This document shows, one piece after another, positions 59,401 through 64,000 of a stretch of 64,000 nucleotides of DNA. Numbering within the stretch: the stretch's first letter is position 1; every line of letters begins with the position of its first letter. Below the pieces are notes generated by a model. That model saw only the letters and a list, made by a program, of their open reading frames with translations. It was not told the origin of the DNA and did not search any database. Location of the stretch: NCBI GenBank assembly GCA_964016885.1, contig OZ024758.1, positions 39,494,001 to 39,558,000 on the forward strand, in the 5' to 3' direction. Origin of the DNA: Eledone cirrhosa (lineage: Eukaryota). Both the position numbers and the translations under genes were made by a program.

Positions 59401-62400
59401 GAGTTACTTCTGACAGCTAATACCATGAACTTAAATGAATTCTCACCAACAGTGGAGTTACTTCTGACAGCTAATACCATGAACTTAAATGAATTCTCAC
59501 CAACATTGGAGTGACTTCTGACAGCTAATACCATGAACTTAAATGAATTCTCACCAACATTGGGGTTACTTCTGACAGCTAGTACCATGAACTTAAATGA
59601 ATTCTCACCAACAGTGGAGTGACTTCTGACAGCTAATACCATGAACTTAAATGAATTCTCACCAACATTGGAGTGACTTCTGACAGCTAATACCATGAAC
59701 TTAAATGAATTCTCACCAACAGTGGAGTTACTTCTGACAGCTAGTACCATGAACTTAAATGAATTCTCACCAGCAGTGGAGTTACTTCTGACAGCTAATA
59801 CCATGAGCTTAAATGAATTCTCACCAACATTGGAGTTACTTCTGACAACTAATACCATGACTTAAATGAATTCTCACCAACAGTGGAGTTACTTCTGACA
59901 AACTAATACCATGAACTTAAATGAATTCTCACCAACAGTGGAGTTACTTCTGACAGCTAGTACCATGAACTTAAATGAATTCTCACCAACAGTGGAGTTA
60001 CTTCTGACAGCTAATACCATGAACTTAAATGAATTCTCACCAACAGTGGAGTTACTTCTGACAGCTAATATCATGAACTTAAATGAATTCTCATCAACAT
60101 TGGAGTGACTTCTGACAGCTAATACCATGAACTTAAATGAATTCTCACCAACATTGGGGTTACTTCTGACAGCAAGTACCATGAACTTAAATGAATTCTC
60201 ACCAACAGTGGAGTGACTTCTGACAGCTAATACCATGAACTTAAATGAATTCTCACCAACAGTGGAGTTACTTCTGACAGCTAGTACCATGAACTTAAAT
60301 GAATTCTCACCAACAGTGGAGTTACTTCTGACAGCTAGTACCATGAACTTAAATGAATTCTCACCAACAGTGGAGTTACTTCTGACAGCTAGTACCATGA
60401 ACTTAAATGAATTCTCACCAACATTGGAGTGACTTCTGACAGCTAATACCATGAACTTAAATGAATTCTCACCAACATTGGGGTTACTTCTGACAGCAAG
60501 TACCATGAACTTAAATGAATTCTCACCAACAGTGGAGTGACTTCTGACAGCTAATACCATGAACTTAAATGAATTCTCACCAACATTGGAGTGACTTCTG
60601 ACAGCTAGTACCATGAACTTAAATGAATTCTCACCAACATTGGGGTTACTTCTGACAGCTAGTACCATGAACTTAAATGAATTCTCACCAACAGTGGAGT
60701 GACTTCTGACAGCTAATACCATGAACTTAAATGAATTCTCACCAACAGTGGAGTTACTTCTGACAGCTAGTACCATGAACTTAAATGAATTCTCACCAAC
60801 AGTGGAGTTACTTCTGACAAACTAATACCATGAACTTAAATGAATTCTCACCAACTGTGGAGTTACTTCTGACAGCTAGTACCATGACTTAAATGAATAC
60901 TCACCAACATTGGAGTTCCTTCTGACAGCTAATACCATGAATTTAAATGAATTCTCACCAACAGTGGAGTTACTTCTGACAGCTAATACCATGAACTTAA
61001 ATGGATTCTCACCAACAGTGGAGTTACTTCTGACAGCTAATACCATGAACTTAAATGAATTCTCACCAACAGTGGAGATACTTCTGACAGCTAATACCAT
61101 GAACTTAAATGAATTCTCACCAACATTGGAGTGACTTCTGACAGCTAATACCATGAACTTAAATGAATTCTCACCAACATTGGGGTTACTTCTGACAGCT
61201 AGTACCATGAACTTAAATGAATTCTCACCAACAGTGGAGTGACTTCTGACAGCTAATACCATGAACTTAAATGAATTCTCACCAACATTGGAGTGACTTC
61301 TGACAGCTAATACCATGAACTTAAATGAATTCTCACCAACAGTGGAGTTACTTCTGACAGCTAGTACCATGAACTTAAATGAATTCTCACCAACAGTGGA
61401 GTTACTTCTGACAGCTAATACCATGAACTTAAATGAATTCTCACCAACATTTGGAGTTACTTCTGACAACTAATACCATGACTTAAATGAATTCTCACCA
61501 ACAGTGGAGTTACTTCTGACAAACTAATACCATGAACTTAAATGAATTCTCACCAAATGTGGAGTTACTTCTGACAGCTAGTACCATGACTTAAATGAAT
61601 TCTCACCAACATTGGAGTTCCTTCTGACAGCTAATACCATGAATTTAAATGAATTCTCACCAACAGTGGAGTTACTTCTGACAGCTAATACCATGAACTT
61701 AAATGGATTCTCACCAACAGTGGAGTTACTTCTGACAGCTAATACCATGAACTTAAATGAATTCTCACCAACAGTGGAGTTACTTCTGACAGCTAATACC
61801 ATGAACTTAAATGAATTCTCACCAACATTGGAGTGACTTCTGACAGCTAATACCATGAACTTAAATGAATTCTCACCAACATTGGGGTTACTTCTGACAG
61901 CTAGTACCATGAACTTAAATGAATTCTCACCAACAGTGGAGTGACTTCTGACAGCTAATACCATGAACTTAAATGAATTCTCACCAACATTGGAGTGACT
62001 TCTGACAGCTAATACCATGAACTTAAATGAATTCTCACCAACAGTGGAGTTACTTCTGACAGCTAGTACCATGAACTTAAATGAATTCTCACCAACAGTG
62101 GAGTTACTTCTGACAGCTAATACCATGAGCTTAAATGAATTCTCACCAACATTGGAGTTACTTCTGACAACTAATACCATGACTTAAATGAATTCTCACC
62201 AACAGTGGAGTTACTTCTGACAAACTAATACCATGAACTTAAATGAATTCTCACCAACAGTGGAGTTACTTCTGACAGCTAGTACCATAAACTTAAATGA
62301 ATTCTCACCAACAGTGGAGTTACTTCTGACAGCTAATACCATGAACTTAAATGAATTCTCACCAACAGTGGAGTTACTTCTGACAGCTAATATCATGAAC

Positions 62401-64000
62401 TTAAATGAATTCTCATCAACATTGGAGTGACTTCTGACAGCTAATACCATGAACTTAAATGAATTCTCACCAACATTGGGTTTACTTCTGACAGCAAGTA
62501 CCATGAACTTAAATGAATTCTCACCAACAGTGGAGTGACTTCTGACAGCTAATACCATGAACTTAAATGAATTCTCACCAACAGTGGAGTTACTTCTGAC
62601 AGCTAGTACCATGAACTTAAATGAATTCTCACCAACAGTGGAGTTACTTCTGACAGCTAGTACCATGAACTTAAATGAATTCTCACCAACAGTGGAGTTA
62701 CTTCTGACAGCTAGTACCATGAACTTAAATGAATTCTCACCAACATTGGAGTGACTTCTGACAGCTAATACCATGAACTTAAATGAATTCTCACCAACAT
62801 TGGGGTTACTTCTGACAGCAAGTACCATGAACTTAAATGAATTCTCACCAACAGTGGAGTGACTTCTGACAGCTAATACCATGAACTTAAATGAATTCTC
62901 ACCAACATTGGAGTGACTTCTGACAGCTAGTACCATGAACTTAAATGAATTCTCACCAACAGTGGAGTTACTTCTGACAGCTAGTACCATGAACTTAAAT
63001 GAATTCTCACCAACAGTGGAGTTACTTCTGACAGCTAGTACCATGAACTTAAATGAATTCTCACCAACAGTGGAGTTCCTTCTGACAGCTAATACCATGA
63101 ACTTAAATGAATTCTCACCAACAGTGGAGTTACTTCTGACAGCTAGTACCATGACTTAAATGAATTCTCACCAACAGTGGAGTTACTTCTGACAGCTAAT
63201 ACCATGAACTTAAATGAATTCTCACCAACAGTGGAGTTACTTCTGACAGCTAATACCATGAACTTAAATGAATTCTCACCAACATTGGGGTTACTTCTGA
63301 CAGCTAGTACCATGAACTTAAATGAATTCTCACCAACAGTGGACTGACTTCTGACAGCTAATACCATGAACTTAAATGAATTCTCACCAACATTGGAGTG
63401 ACTTCTGACAGCTAATACCATGAACTTAAATGAATTCTCACCAACATTGGGGTTACTTCTGACAGCTAGTACCATGAACTTAAATGAATTCTGAGCAACA
63501 GTGGAGTGACTTCTGACAGCTAATACCATGAACTTAAATGAATTCTCACCAACATTGGAGTGACTTCTGACAGCTAATACCATGAACTTAAATGAATTCT
63601 CACCAACTGTGGAGTTACTTCTGACAGCTAGTACCATGACTTAAATGAATTCTCACCAACATTGGAGTTCCTTCTGACAGCTAATACCATGAATTTAAAT
63701 GAATTCTCACCAACAGTGGAGTTACTTCTGACAGCTAATACCATGAACTTAAATGGATTCTCACCAACAGTGGAGTTACTTCTGACAGCTAATACCATGA
63801 ACTTAAATGAATTCTCACCAACAGTGGAGTTACTTCTGACAGCTAATACCATGAACTTAAATGATTTCTCACCAACATTGGAGTGACTTCTGACAGCTAA
63901 TACCATGAACTTAAATGAATTCTCACCAACATTGGGGTTACTTCTGACAGCTAGTACCATGAACTTAAATGAATTCTCACCAACAGTGGAGTGACTTCTG
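50464..64000. repeat. Right-hand satellite sub-domain with its own variant set and 162-bp (3-monomer) sub-periodicity
   Basis: Variants I saw only here: ACATTTGG (+1), ACAGCAAGT, ATGAATTTAA, AATATCATG, CAACTGTGG, ATGAGTTCTC. A recurring trimer TTGGAGTGA / TTGGGGTTA / GTGGAGTGA is present, e.g. TTGGAGTGA at 53140, 53302 and 53464. Confidence 0.85.
55160..58803. repeat. 1,834-bp (34-monomer) tandem duplication, 2 copies
   Basis: Offset 1834 for ORFs 55363/57197, 55857/57691 and 56720/58554. Private variants CTTCAGAC, ACAGTTAAT and TTGTAGTG each occur twice at this offset. Confidence 0.92.

Larger units (their letters stand above)
1..64000. repeat. 54-bp tandem satellite DNA array (~1,190 monomers, single orientation, running off both window ends)
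   Basis: Every line is a permutation of ACCATG(A)ACTTAAATGAATTCTCACCAACA(G/T)TGGAGT(T/G)ACTTCTGACAGCTA(A/G)T. Consensus composition is A19 C12 G8 T15. Monomers differ from consensus by about 0-4 bases. Copy number is estimated as 64000/~53.8. Confidence 0.99.

Noticed and set aside
639-63886. Plus-strand ORFs encoding (MNLNEFSPTVELLLTANT)n
   Set aside because: Same periodicity artefact. The common GAGTGA variant introduces in-frame TGA stops and the 53-mers shift the frame.
53-63960. Minus-strand ORFs encoding (MVLAVRSNSTVGENSFKF)n, up to 313 aa; several variants are synonymous in this frame (TTA/CTA, GAG/GAA, AGT/AGC, TTC/TTT, AAG/AAA)
   Set aside because: A 54-bp period automatically propagates any stop-free frame. 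Frameshifting 52/53/55-bp monomers are abundant and are copied freely. Other common variants are non-synonymous. There is no unique N- or C-terminus and no recognisable domain. Ribo-seq or proteomic peptides would be needed to revive this.
1-64000. CRISPR array
   Set aside because: There are no unique spacers, since the entire period is repeated. No leader or cas genes are present.
1-64000. Satellite-encoded hammerhead ribozyme (as in newt satellite 2 or schistosome Sm-alpha), prompted by CTGA in each monomer
   Set aside because: The core requires CUGANGA plus GAAA with three stems. The monomer has CTGACAG and no consensus GAAA on either strand.
1-64000. CENP-B box
   Set aside because: The motif NTTCGNNNNANNCGGGN needs two CpGs, and the consensus has none.
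1-64000. Telomerase-type telomeric repeat or G-quadruplex array
   Set aside because: The unit is much longer than typical telomerase repeats and lacks recurrent G-tracts (only an occasional GGGG variant). Block duplications indicate recombinational turnover. A subtelomeric location cannot be excluded.
1-64000. Variant order as a functional code or antigenic-variation cassette system
   Set aside because: The order is accounted for by nested tandem duplication and deletion. No expression site, recombinase or reverse transcriptase is present in the window.
1-64000. Embedded transposon, inversion, tRNA/rRNA or unique island
   Set aside because: I saw no stretch departing from the monomer by more than a few bases, and the ORF track shows the same peptide on the same strand throughout, so there is no strand switch.

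Overview
The whole 64-kb window is one uninterrupted head-to-tail tandem satellite array in a single orientation. The monomer is 54 bp (consensus ACCATGAACTTAAATGAATTCTCACCAACAGTGGAGTTACTTCTGACAGCTAAT; 37% GC, no CpG, one EcoRI site), present in roughly 1,190 copies, with 52-, 53- and 55-bp length variants. I find no unique sequence, genuine gene, RNA gene, transposon or CRISPR spacer. Every ORF in the track is explained by a 54-bp (18-codon) period with one stop-free frame per strand, and these frames are broken by frequent frameshifting monomers. The information lies in the order of variant monomers. It shows a 19-mer (~1,018 bp) higher-order repeat on the left, nested tandem duplications (483, 537, 1,450, 1,834, 3,924 x3, 3,983, ~4,900 and ~5,700 bp), short 3-mer and 4-mer sub-periods, and a distinct variant domain after ~50.5 kb. 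This fits a young, actively turning-over eukaryotic satellite, possibly centromeric or pericentromeric. I do not recognise the family or organism and cannot support a new protein-coding system here. Boundaries were read by eye and from ORF-track offsets, so they are approximate.
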